From the NCBI GenBank assembly GCA_947481755.1, contig CANKHS010000001.1:1-39148 (forward strand): DNA of 39,148 nt, in the 5' to 3' direction. A program made the translations under genes and the position numbers. The notes under the pieces are model-generated. The model was not told the origin of the DNA and did not search any database. It worked only from the letters and a program-made list of their open reading frames with translations. The number at the start of each line of letters is the position of its first letter. Within the stretch, counting starts at the first letter, position 1. Source of the DNA: Actinomycetota bacterium (GTDB lineage: Bacteria; Actinomycetota; Thermoleophilia; Gaiellales; F1-60-MAGs149). Of this stretch, positions 8,742 through 17,644 are shown in pieces.

Positions 8742-9509
8742 ATGAACCCCGACTTTCTCGGTCTGCCACCACGTGTGACCAAGCCACGCAACGTAGGCAT
8801 CACGCACGTGATGGACAAGGGGCTCGGCCTCGCCGACATCGAGTCGATGATCGAGATGAGTGGCGATTACATCGATATCGTCAAGCTTGGCTGGGGCACG
8901 TCGTACGTCACCCCAATCCTGCGTAAGAAGCTCGATCTCTACAAGTCGCTCGGTATCCCCGTCGTCTGTGGCGGCACCCTCCTCGAGGTCGCCGAGGCGC
9001 GTGGACGCATCGAGGACTACCGCACGTGGTTGTCCACCCAGGGCTTTACCCACGTTGAGGTCTCTGACGGCACGATTGACATGTCGCGCGAGCGCAAGCT
9101 CGAGCTGATCAGCATGTTCGCCAAGGACTTCGAGGTCCTCAGCGAGGTCGGCTCGAAAGACGCCGAGGAGATCTACGCGCCATACCAGTGGGTCGAATGG
9201 ATCAAAGAGGAGCTCGCTGCCGGCTCGTGGAAGGTCATCACCGAGGCGCGCGAGTCTGGCACCGCTGGCATCTTCCGCACTACGGGCGAGGTCCGCAGCG
9301 GCCTGATCGACGAGATCGCCCACGAAATCGATGTCACCTCGTTGCTCTTTGAGGCCCCCCAGAAGGCCCAGCAGGCGTGGTTTATTAAGCATTTCGGTCC
9401 CGACGTCAACCTCGGCAATATCCCTCCGGATGAGGCGATCCCGCTCGAGACACTGCGCCGGGGCCTGAGGAGCGACACGCTGTCGCTGATCCTCGGCCTC
9501 GAAAGCTGA
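8742..9509 (+). CDS. comA: (2R)-phospho-3-sulfolactate synthase (ComA) family protein
   Basis: Full-length resemblance to the ComA family: GITHVMDKG...DYIDIVKLGWGTSYV...VCGGTLLEVA...THVEVSDGTI...ITEARESGTAGIF...LLFEAPQKAQQAWFIKHFGPDVNLGNIPPDEAIPLETLRRGLRSDT. Confidence 0.85.
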   Translation: MNPDFLGLPPRVTKPRNVGITHVMDKGLGLADIESMIEMSGDYIDIVKLGWGTSYVTPILRKKLDLYKSLGIPVVCGGTLLEVAEARGRIEDYRTWLSTQGFTHVEVSDGTIDMSRERKLELISMFAKDFEVLSEVGSKDAEEIYAPYQWVEWIKEELAAGSWKVITEARESGTAGIFRTTGEVRSGLIDEIAHEIDVTSLLFEAPQKAQQAWFIKHFGPDVNLGNIPPDEAIPLETLRRGLRSDTLSLILGLES

Positions 9510-9511
9510 CC

Positions 9512-10696
9512 ATGCCCGACGTGCTCGTGATCGGCTCGGGCGGTGCGGGACTCGCTGCTGCGCTGGCGGCGAATGATGCGGGTGCCTCGGTCGTGCTCGC
9601 CACGAAGTTGGGCGTGGCCTCGTGCAACACGGCGAAGGCGCAGGGCGGAATCCAGGCCGCCATCGGCGATGACGACTCGATTGAGACGCACTTTGCCGAT
9701 GTCATGCGGTCCTCGCACGACACCGCCGACCCCGTACTCGCCCAACGCCTCGTCGAAGAGGGTCCCACCACGGTGCGCTGGCTCGAGGAACTCGGCGTGG
9801 CGTTTACGCGCGAAGGCGACGGTTCGCTACGGATTGCCCGCTGTGGTGGTGCGACGCGCAAACGCCTACTGCAGGTTGGCGATCGAACGGGGCTGGCAAT
9901 CGCGAGCGCTCTGCGGGATGCCGTGACAGCGCGCGACGGCATCACCGTGCTGGACCACGCGCCGTTGATTGCCCTGGCAACAGACGGGACGGCACTGCTC
10001 GAGCGTGGTGGCGAGCAGTTCGAGGTTCGGGCCGGCGCCTTGATCTTGGCTGCAGGCGGCCGCTGCAAGCGCGAAGCCGAGGAGACCGGCGAGCTGTCGA
10101 CCAACGGTGACGGAGCAACCGGCGAGGTCGCCGCACTCGCAGTCGCCGTTGGCTGTGCCGAGCGCGACCACGACTCGCTGCAGCGACATCCCACTGGCGC
10201 CGCCTGGCCAGAATCGCTGGCGGGCTACGCCGTCCCCGAAACCACGCGCGCCTACGGTGCGCTGCTGCGCAACGCAGCGGGCGAGCAGTTTGTCGACGAG
10301 CTTGCGCCACGCGATGTCGTCGCCGAGGCGATCATCCGAGAGTGCGCTGACGGTCGAGGCATCACGACACCGACAGGTCGCCCAGCCGTTCACCTCGACT
10401 GCCGTCCCGTCGACCCCGCTGACGCCGAAATCTCGTTTCCGTACATGCTGCGTCGTTACCGCAAAGCCGGCCTCGACCCCTTGACCGAATTGATCCCCGT
10501 CTACCCCGTCTTGCATTACCAGAATGGTGGTCTCGTGATCGACGAAGACGGCGCGACCACCGTGCCCGGAATCTGGGCAGCGGGCGAGATTACCGGCGGC
10601 ATCCATGGTCGCAACCGCATGATGGGCAATTCCTTGCTCGACATTTGCGTATTCGGTCGCCGAGCGGGTGCGGCAGCGGCCGCCGCGGTGCGCTGA
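9512..10696 (+). CDS. FAD-binding flavoprotein of the SdhA/FrdA/NadB family (short form, 394 aa)
   Basis: DVLVIGSGGAGLAAALAA (dinucleotide fold), AKAQGGIQAA, HFADVMRSSHDTADP, and the C-terminal IWAAGEITGGIHGRNRMMGNSLLDICVFGRRAG. It lacks the long C-terminal helical domain of SdhA/NadB. It starts 2 nt after the comA-like stop. Confidence 0.8.
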   Translation: MPDVLVIGSGGAGLAAALAANDAGASVVLATKLGVASCNTAKAQGGIQAAIGDDDSIETHFADVMRSSHDTADPVLAQRLVEEGPTTVRWLEELGVAFTREGDGSLRIARCGGATRKRLLQVGDRTGLAIASALRDAVTARDGITVLDHAPLIALATDGTALLERGGEQFEVRAGALILAAGGRCKREAEETGELSTNGDGATGEVAALAVAVGCAERDHDSLQRHPTGAAWPESLAGYAVPETTRAYGALLRNAAGEQFVDELAPRDVVAEAIIRECADGRGITTPTGRPAVHLDCRPVDPADAEISFPYMLRRYRKAGLDPLTELIPVYPVLHYQNGGLVIDEDGATTVPGIWAAGEITGGIHGRNRMMGNSLLDICVFGRRAGAAAAAAVR

Positions 10697-11766
10697 TGAC
10701 TGAGGTCTTGATCGTCGGCGCCTCCTTCGCTGGGCTTGCTGCCGCGCGAGAGCTCAAAGGGCGCGATGTCCTGATCGTCGACCGCTCTCCAATCGGCGCC
10801 CACCAGACCTCGGCCTGTGCGCTTCCACTACGCCTGGTGCGGTGGCTTGGCGCAGAGGAATCCGTCCTCTACGCCGAGTCGCGGATGCGCGTCGAGATTG
10901 GCGATGCGCAGTGGAACGTACGGCTCCCTGAGGAATTTGCGGTGATCGACTATGAGGCCTGCTGCCTGGCTATTGCTCAACAGACCGATGCGCGCTTCGA
11001 GCAGATCCGCGTGGTCGGGCGCGATGGAGCAACGGTACTCGGGTCCTCCGGCGAGCGGCTTGAGGCCGACTGGCTGATCGACGCCTCGGGCTGGCGGAGA
11101 GTGCTCGACCACGCCGGCCCAACCCGCGGCTCGCACCCAAGCCTCGTGATCGGCACCGAGGACCACGTGCCCACGGCCGCGGCTCCCCAAGCCGACGGTT
11201 TCGCCTTCTACCTCGAAAAGCATCTGCTCAAGTCGGGCTACGGCTGGTCGTTCCCCGCGGGCGATCATGTCCGTGCCGGCGTCGGCTCGTTTATCAAGGA
11301 GCCGCTGCAACCACCGATGGGCCGACTGCGCGAGCGGGACGACCTTGGCCCAGGCCGCGAGCACCACGGTGGCGCCATTGCCTGCATCCCACGCGATCCC
11401 GTCGTTGATGACGTGCTCTTTATTGGCGATGCGGCAGGACAGGCATTACCCGTCACGCTGGAAGGCATTCGGCCGGCCGTCTACTTTGGTGCCGGCGCCG
11501 GGCGCCTCGTGATGAGCGCCCTCGCGGGCGAGCTCACCTCGACACAGGCCCGTGCGCGCTACGCCGCGCTCCACGCCCAACACCTGGGTGGGTACGACCG
11601 CCTCAATCGCGTGCAGCGTTGGTACCGCTGGCTGCCAGAGTTTGCTCTCAAGCGGCTCGCCACAAAGGCCCTCGGTCGGCCTCACTCCGACGGTCGCGAG
11701 ATCAGCTTTCGCAGTACGCGCTACCTCGACGTACTGCGCGCCGAGCACTTACCAACCCTGCCGTAA
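10696..11766 (+). CDS. FAD-dependent oxidoreductase, geranylgeranyl-reductase-like family
   Basis: The ATG overlaps the upstream TGA by 1 nt. Motifs: EVLIVGASFAGLAAAREL, GYGWSFP, and FIGDAAGQALPVTLEGIRPA. Confidence 0.7.
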   Translation: MTEVLIVGASFAGLAAARELKGRDVLIVDRSPIGAHQTSACALPLRLVRWLGAEESVLYAESRMRVEIGDAQWNVRLPEEFAVIDYEACCLAIAQQTDARFEQIRVVGRDGATVLGSSGERLEADWLIDASGWRRVLDHAGPTRGSHPSLVIGTEDHVPTAAAPQADGFAFYLEKHLLKSGYGWSFPAGDHVRAGVGSFIKEPLQPPMGRLRERDDLGPGREHHGGAIACIPRDPVVDDVLFIGDAAGQALPVTLEGIRPAVYFGAGAGRLVMSALAGELTSTQARARYAALHAQHLGGYDRLNRVQRWYRWLPEFALKRLATKALGRPHSDGREISFRSTRYLDVLRAEHLPTLP

Positions 11767-11777
11767 GCACTGGTCTG

Positions 11778-12281
11778 GTGCGTTCGCGTACCCTCTGCAC
11801 CGTGTCTGCAGACTCGACTCTTCTGATCGCGGCCCTGGCTGCGCTCGACCCGATGCTGCTCGAGCAGGAGTTCACCCTGCTTGGCTACGGGCGCGGCTCC
11901 GCGCCACCGTCGCCTGAAGCACTCCTCGCGGAGGGTTTTAGTGCCCGTATCGACGACCCGCTTGAGACCACCTTTGTGCTGCGCAGCACGCTCGCAGACA
12001 CGCTCCCAGCCGCTGATACCCGGCAAGACCGCTTGCGCGTGATCCTGCTCGTCGCACCATTGCCCCCCGAACTTACGGGCTTCGCGTCGACGATCAGCGG
12101 CGCCCTCGCCGAGCGTGGTGTGCCGATCGTGTTGGTCGGTACGGCCTCGCGCGACCACCTGATTGTGCCCGACAGTGCGTGGCCCGAGGCCCTTGCCGTC
12201 CTGCGTGGATTGCGCGACGCCTCCCGCCGAATACTTGAGGCAACGGCTGACGATCAGCCGTTCGACGACAATCCCCTCTAG
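11778..12281 (+). CDS. hypothetical protein, possible ACT-type ligand-binding domain
   Basis: The C-terminal half, GFASTISGALAERGVPIVLVGTASRDHLIVP, resembles ACT_7-type domains. The start is uncertain (GTG at 11778 or 11802). Coding status rests mainly on its tight fit in the co-directional string. Confidence 0.4.
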   Translation: MRSRTLCTVSADSTLLIAALAALDPMLLEQEFTLLGYGRGSAPPSPEALLAEGFSARIDDPLETTFVLRSTLADTLPAADTRQDRLRVILLVAPLPPELTGFASTISGALAERGVPIVLVGTASRDHLIVPDSAWPEALAVLRGLRDASRRILEATADDQPFDDNPL

Positions 12282-12291
12282 CATTGGTGTT

Positions 12292-13782
12292 GTGGAGCGA
12301 CTCGTTCGGATTCTGGCTGCTCTGCTGATGCTCGCACTGGTGGCTGGCGCTGCGGTCGTGTTCGTCCGCGCACAGGTCCTCAAAAGTGCGCCATCGCCCA
12401 TCATCGCGCCAAAGATCGCGAGCCCCACCTTCTCGCCCAACGCCGTCAAACCGAAGCGGCGTCAGGCGACACTAACCGTCGGCCTACGCAAGCCGGACAC
12501 GGCGACCGTCCTGATCTTCGACCTCAACGACAACACCATCGCGACCGTGCCCATCAAGCAAAAGGGACGAAATCTGCGTGCCTCGTGGGGCGGCATACTC
12601 GCCAGTGGGAAGCTCGCCCCTGATGGTCCGTATCGCTTTGCGATCTCGCTCAAGCAGCAGGAACGCATCATCCGCATACCCGACCCGATCATCCTCGACG
12701 CCACGCCTCCCGTCGTCACGTCCACTGCCAAGCCAGGCCAGCGCATTTCGCCTGGCCTCGATGGCGCTGCTGGCACCTACTCCTTCACGCTGAGCGCGGA
12801 CGAACCCGTACGTTTCCGACTTGACGTTCGGCAGATCCAAGCCAGTGGAACCGCCCGACTACTGCGCCGCGAGACTGCCCTCACGTGGACGCAGCGCAAG
12901 GAGATGCATTGGTCCGCCGACACCGGCAACCTGCCACTCAACAAGGTCGGCGAGTTCGTCGAGCCAGGCTCATACATCGTCGGCTGGCATGCCGAAGACC
13001 GTGGAGGCAACCTCGTCAACGCACCAGAGGTGGTCAAGCCGAACCAGCTCGCGCCGGCGCAGGTCGTCGGTGTCGAGACCGTGGCACTCACCCCAACGCT
13101 TCAACCCGTGACCCTGCTGGCCGACGTCACACTCGTGCGGCATCACCCGGGTGCAGACTTCCCTGGCGATGTCATCGCGCGGGCCAAGGGGGCACCCGGG
13201 GCAGCTGCGCTACCCCCTGCGGTCGCCGGTTTCTACGCCATCCAAATCTCTGGTGGAGGATGGCAGGCGTGGGCGCCCGAGGCGCGCGCTGGCCGCGCCA
13301 AGGTCCTCGTCATGGAGCCGTTGTACACGTGGCAGGCCAACAACCCGGGCGATTCCGATCTGTCTGGCTTCCCGGATGTTCCACCTGCTCCCCTGACGCT
13401 CGACCGCCCGTTTAGCCCCGGAATCGAGGCCGAGATCGCAAACATCGGTCGCACGGTTGCGGCAACCCATCGCAGCGGTGTGCGCACGGTGGGTGCCATC
13501 ACAGACCAAACGATTGAGGCCCGTGGCCTACCTCGCAGTGCCAAGGTCCTCGTCATTACCGCTGCTCCGGTCTGGACGCCTGGCCTGCTGGCTCGCCTCC
13601 GTGCTTTTGGGGCGCGTGGTGGCCAAGTCGTCATTCTCGATGCCGTCAGCCTGACGAAGAAGGCCACGCTCTCGGGTGGTGCACTCACCATCGTCGGCGA
13701 GGAGTCCGCGGACACCACGGCGCTCAATCCTTTAGCGTCGCTGAGCGCCATCCCGCTGGCCCGCTCCACGACGAGTCGTTAG
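12292..13782 (+). CDS. membrane-anchored protein with two FlgD-Ig-like domains and a C-terminal domain resembling the dimethylformamidase-beta/DUF6605 type
   Basis: GTG at 12292. TM helix ILAALLMLALVAGAAVVFV. Ig-like blocks TATVLIFDLNDNTIATV...WGGILASGKLAPDGPYRFAISL and FRLDVRQ...GSYIVGWHAEDRGGN. Further on, KVLVMEPLYTWQANNPG resembles the TWQAYN motif. Confidence 0.5.
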   Translation: MERLVRILAALLMLALVAGAAVVFVRAQVLKSAPSPIIAPKIASPTFSPNAVKPKRRQATLTVGLRKPDTATVLIFDLNDNTIATVPIKQKGRNLRASWGGILASGKLAPDGPYRFAISLKQQERIIRIPDPIILDATPPVVTSTAKPGQRISPGLDGAAGTYSFTLSADEPVRFRLDVRQIQASGTARLLRRETALTWTQRKEMHWSADTGNLPLNKVGEFVEPGSYIVGWHAEDRGGNLVNAPEVVKPNQLAPAQVVGVETVALTPTLQPVTLLADVTLVRHHPGADFPGDVIARAKGAPGAAALPPAVAGFYAIQISGGGWQAWAPEARAGRAKVLVMEPLYTWQANNPGDSDLSGFPDVPPAPLTLDRPFSPGIEAEIANIGRTVAATHRSGVRTVGAITDQTIEARGLPRSAKVLVITAAPVWTPGLLARLRAFGARGGQVVILDAVSLTKKATLSGGALTIVGEESADTTALNPLASLSAIPLARSTTSR

Positions 13783-13826
13783 TCGAATAGACGCACGCGA
13801 TGCGCCCTGCCCCGTACCATGCGGGT

Positions 13827-14939
13827 ATGCGCGTTCTGGTCACAGGCGGTGCCGGTTTTATCGGCTCGCACCTCGCCGACCGCCTGCTGGCTGCAGGCCA
13901 CCACGTGCGTGCGTTCGATTCGCTTGATCCGCAGGTCCACCCGCATGGGCCTCCGGACTATCTCGATTCGAACGTTGAGCTCGTTGTGGGCGACGTTCGC
14001 GACGAGGTTGCGCTCGGCAAGGCGATGGATGACATCGATGCAGTCGTCCACCTCGCAGCCGTCGTTGGCGTGGGCCAGTCGATGTACGAGATTCGCCGCT
14101 ACATGGATGTCAATACGGTTGGCTGCGCGGTCATGCTCGAGCAGTTGGTCGAGCGCCGCGAGCGAATCCAGCGTCTCGTCGTCGCGTCGTCGATGTCGAT
14201 CTACGGCGAAGGGCAGTACCGCAACGCCCGCACCGGTGAGGGTGGCCTCGCCCCGGGACTCCGCCCCGAGTCGCAACTGGCTGCACGACGGTGGGAACTC
14301 GAGACGTCGGCGGGGGATGCCCTCCTGCCAGAGCGCACAGCGGAGACCAAGCCGCTGCTCCCGACGAGTGTCTATGCCGTTTCGAAGCGCGACCATGAGG
14401 AACTATGCCTCTCGATTGGCGCGGCCTACAACGTGCCAACGCTCGCGCTGCGCCTCTTTAATGTCTACGGCCCACGCCAGGCGCTCAGCAACCCGTACAC
14501 GGGCGTCGCCGCCATCTTCGCGAGTCGACTCCTCAACGGTCATGCCCCGGTTGCGTTCGAGGACGGGCTCCAAACCCGCGATTTCGTGCACGTGACTGAC
14601 GTGGCCCGCGCCTTTCATCTGGCCACAGAATCGACTGCCACAGGTGCGGCACTCAACGTCTGCACCGGTGAGGCCTCGAGCATTTTCGATGTCGCACAGG
14701 GCCTCGCACAGGGACTCAACCTCGCAATCGAACCAGAGTTGGTCGGTCGTTATCGCGCCGGAGACATCCGCCACTGCATCGGCGATCCCACCCGCGCAGC
14801 CGAGCTGCTCGACTTCCGTGCCGAGGTGGAGGTCAAGGCTGGCCTCGGTGAGCTTGCGACCTGGCTTGCGGATCAAGAGGCCGACGATCACGTCGACCAG
14901 GCGATGGACGAGTTGCGTCAGCGAGGTCTCGAGCGGTGA
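13827..14939 (+). CDS. NAD-dependent epimerase/dehydratase (extended SDR) with an internal insertion
   Basis: MRVLVTGGAGFIGSHL, catalytic YAVSKRDHE (YxxxK), and NVYGPRQ. An insertion of about 45 aa (YGEGQYRNARTGEGGLAPGLRPESQLAARRWELETSAGDALLPERT) lies between the SSMS and YxxxK regions. Confidence 0.85.
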   Translation: MRVLVTGGAGFIGSHLADRLLAAGHHVRAFDSLDPQVHPHGPPDYLDSNVELVVGDVRDEVALGKAMDDIDAVVHLAAVVGVGQSMYEIRRYMDVNTVGCAVMLEQLVERRERIQRLVVASSMSIYGEGQYRNARTGEGGLAPGLRPESQLAARRWELETSAGDALLPERTAETKPLLPTSVYAVSKRDHEELCLSIGAAYNVPTLALRLFNVYGPRQALSNPYTGVAAIFASRLLNGHAPVAFEDGLQTRDFVHVTDVARAFHLATESTATGAALNVCTGEASSIFDVAQGLAQGLNLAIEPELVGRYRAGDIRHCIGDPTRAAELLDFRAEVEVKAGLGELATWLADQEADDHVDQAMDELRQRGLER

Positions 14940-15904
14940 GCGCACGGCTCGCCGTCGCCATCGTCGCTCACAGCAATCGCGTCCTCCTGCTCGAGGCGCT
15001 CACCGCGCTGACAGGACCTGGGGCGCCCAACGAGTCCTGCTCGATTCTCGTGCTCGACAACGCCTCAGAGGACGGAACCTGTGCCGCCGTTCGCGAGGCA
15101 TACCCAACCGTCGAGTTGATCGAGCAACCCTTTCGTGCCGGCTTCGGCGCCAACCATAATCGGCTGCTCGCACACAGCACTGCCGACTATCACCTGATTC
15201 TCAACGACGACGCGACGGTCGAGCCCGGCGCACTCGACGCGCTCGTGGCGTATCTCGACGCGCACCCCGAGGTGGCCATCGCCGCGCCGGTCGTCATCTA
15301 CCCCGATGGGCGCCACCAGGCGACGTCGTTCCGCTTTCCCGATCCGGCGACGTGCCTGCGCAGTCTGGTCACACTCGGCCAGGCCGGGGTAGAGCAGCGC
15401 GTCACCGGGACACCAGCTGCCGTCGATTGGGCGAGCGGCTGTGCCCTCCTGGTGCGCCGTTCTGCGATCGAGGTCACCGGTCCGTTCGACGAGGGGTTCT
15501 ACATGTTCTCGGAGGAGACCGATCTCCAGCAGCGCCTGCAGCAGCGCGGCTTCGAGACTCATGTTGTGCCCCAGGCAGTCGTCCGTCACCACGTGCGCGC
15601 CTCAACCAGCGCCGATCCCTCGCGTCGGATCGTGGAGTTCTGGCGCGGTCGCCGTCGCTACTGGGCCAAGCACAACCCCGGCTTCTCCGGCACCACTGCG
15701 CGCGTCGCCTTGGCGGGCCAGTACGCGGCACTCAGTGGTCTCGCGCGACTACCCACCCTGCCGGGTCCCCTTCGGCGCCTCAAGCCGGATCTGCCGCGCA
15801 CCGAACTCGACCTCCATCTCCGCAATGCCCTCGAGGGGGCAACGGGGCCCGGGCTACGCGAGAGTGCGGCCGAGTGGAATGCCGCGCATGGAGTCTCGCC
15901 ATGA
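14936..15904 (+). CDS. family 2 glycosyltransferase
   Basis: GTGA overlap with the upstream gene. Motifs: VLDNASEDGT, GFGANHN, LILNDDA, GCALLVRRSAIEVTGPFDEGFYMFSEETDLQQRL. Confidence 0.85.
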   Translation: MSARLAVAIVAHSNRVLLLEALTALTGPGAPNESCSILVLDNASEDGTCAAVREAYPTVELIEQPFRAGFGANHNRLLAHSTADYHLILNDDATVEPGALDALVAYLDAHPEVAIAAPVVIYPDGRHQATSFRFPDPATCLRSLVTLGQAGVEQRVTGTPAAVDWASGCALLVRRSAIEVTGPFDEGFYMFSEETDLQQRLQQRGFETHVVPQAVVRHHVRASTSADPSRRIVEFWRGRRRYWAKHNPGFSGTTARVALAGQYAALSGLARLPTLPGPLRRLKPDLPRTELDLHLRNALEGATGPGLRESAAEWNAAHGVSP

Positions 15905-16779
15905 ATGAGGTCGTACGCCTGGCGATTGGTGGTCCCGCAGCGATTGGCTCACGAGCGTCAGCAACGCTGACCGACCTGCTCGCGACGAGCGGGATCAGCG
16001 TCGCGCACACGGGGAGCGTGGTGCTCGACTGGCCGTCACAATCGCTGCCCTTCTCCGCCCCAGCCTGGGAGGCTCTCGACACGCTCGAGACCGATCCAAT
16101 CGCCTTCGCCTTCCACCATCTGACCGCACGCAGTACGACCGGCGTCTGGGCCAACCCCGTCGATGCCGTGCGAACACGCGTGGGCGACTGGGTCGCCGCT
16201 GAGCGTCTCCGCGTCACCCCGCCCTGGCCGGGTGGGGCCACGTGCGCGATCGCGCTGGTGCACGAGGCCCATGCGATTGCACCACCTCGGAGTGGTGTCC
16301 TGAGCAAACTCCGCCGCTCGGCACCTTCCAATCCCTTGGCCGCCTACACCCAGCTCGCAGCGATTGAAAAGCGGTACCGCGCTACGGCTGCACTACGTTC
16401 GATTGATTTGCTCGAACCGGAACAGCAGGCACGCATCCGCATGCTTGGCTTCTCGCTTGGAGCCGGTGTGGGCATTCAGATTGCTGGCCGTCCCGGCTTT
16501 CGCCGCGGTACCGCATTTCCAAGCCGAGGCTACGACACCGCCAGCGAACGTCCAACCGACACGATCGAGTTTCCGCTCCTCGACGATGCCGTCTCTGATG
16601 GTTTGGCAGCGCTACTCGCCGTTGGTGGCGCCGCTGCACTGAGTGTGCCGATGGAGCGCTTTAGTGGCGAGCATGGTCCCGCCGAACTCCTGCTCTACGA
16701 CGAGCTCCTCAGTCGACTCGAGTCGGTCGGTGCCTGGCTCACCACGCCTGAGGCGATCGCCGAACGCCTCTACGACTAG
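15901..16779 (+). CDS. hypothetical protein, possibly a divergent polysaccharide-deacetylase-like fold
   Basis: ATGA overlap with the GT2 stop. PWPGGATCAIALVHEAH and AGRPGFRRGTAFPSRGYD resemble a deacetylase-like family that normally carries a THD.D motif, which is not conserved here. Confidence 0.45.
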   Translation: MNEVVRLAIGGPAAIGSRASATLTDLLATSGISVAHTGSVVLDWPSQSLPFSAPAWEALDTLETDPIAFAFHHLTARSTTGVWANPVDAVRTRVGDWVAAERLRVTPPWPGGATCAIALVHEAHAIAPPRSGVLSKLRRSAPSNPLAAYTQLAAIEKRYRATAALRSIDLLEPEQQARIRMLGFSLGAGVGIQIAGRPGFRRGTAFPSRGYDTASERPTDTIEFPLLDDAVSDGLAALLAVGGAAALSVPMERFSGEHGPAELLLYDELLSRLESVGAWLTTPEAIAERLYD

Positions 16780-17069
16780 GCCTGTTCGAGCGGGGCCATC
16801 GTCAGACCATGCGCGGCGAGTTGCTCGTGGTAGAGCTCGGCGAGTTCCTGATGGCCTGTCCAGACGATCGCCTGGCCCGATTTGTGGATGCGGTTGGCGA
16901 AGCCCATGCCTTGGCGATAGTCAACGCCAGGCAGGACTGCGGCGAGCGAGCGAGCGACGCCCTCGAAGGTGTTGTGGTCATCGTTTAAGACGATCACGCG
17001 CCACGGTGGTCCGAGCCCTGTGCCTTCGCCTGTCTTGCGTCGCTCGATGACGTCGGGCGTCGTGGTCAC
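16776..17069 (-). CDS. clpS: ATP-dependent Clp protease adaptor ClpS
   Basis: PPWRVIVLNDDHNTFEGVARSLAAVLPGVDYRQGMGFANRIHKSGQAIVWTGHQELAELY is the ClpS core. Its GTG start overlaps the pdtaR stop (GTGA). Confidence 0.9.
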   Translation of the reverse strand: MTTTPDVIERRKTGEGTGLGPPWRVIVLNDDHNTFEGVARSLAAVLPGVDYRQGMGFANRIHKSGQAIVWTGHQELAELYHEQLAAHGLTMAPLEQA

Positions 17070-17644
17070 TCGGCGCCATCCGTCTCGAAGGTGGCGATCA
17101 AGGCGTCCGCGACAACCCGCATCGTGCGGCCCGTCTTCTGGCTCGCGGCCCGGATACGACGAAACGCCTCCTCCTCATCGATGCCGTCCTTGCGCATCAA
17201 GATCCCCTTCGCGCGTTCGACAGCCTTACGCGACGCCAAGGCCTCAGCCAGATCGGCCGCCTCCTCACGCAGCGCCTCAAGCTCCTCAAAGCGCGCCCGG
17301 GCCGTGTTGAGCGCTGGCAAGAGATCAACCTCGCGAAACGGCTTGACGAGATAGGCGAAGGCGCCGGCCTCGGAGGCCCGTGTAACGAGGTCCTGCTCCG
17401 CGTAGGCCGTCAGCATCACGATCGGTACGGGCTTACGGTCGGTAATCTGCCGCGCCGCCTCGATCCCGTCCAGGTGCGGCATCCGTACGTCCATCACGAT
17501 CAAATCAGGATCGTGTTCGACCGCCAGCGCGACGGCCTCTTCTCCGTCACGGGCCTCAGCGACCACCTCATGGCCCGCCTTCTCAAGCAGCGTTCGCACG
17601 TCGAGGCGAATGATCGTCTCGTCCTCTGCGATCAGGATCCTCAC
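17066..17644 (-). CDS. pdtaR: ANTAR-domain response regulator (PdtaR-like)
   Basis: Receiver domain MRILIAEDETIIRLD...IVMDVRMPHLDGIEA...VMLTAY...AFAYLVKPF, plus the ANTAR domain LASRKAVERAKGILMRKDGIDEEEAFRRIRAASQKTGRTMRVVADALI. Confidence 0.9.
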   Translation of the reverse strand: MRILIAEDETIIRLDVRTLLEKAGHEVVAEARDGEEAVALAVEHDPDLIVMDVRMPHLDGIEAARQITDRKPVPIVMLTAYAEQDLVTRASEAGAFAYLVKPFREVDLLPALNTARARFEELEALREEAADLAEALASRKAVERAKGILMRKDGIDEEEAFRRIRAASQKTGRTMRVVADALIATFETDGAE

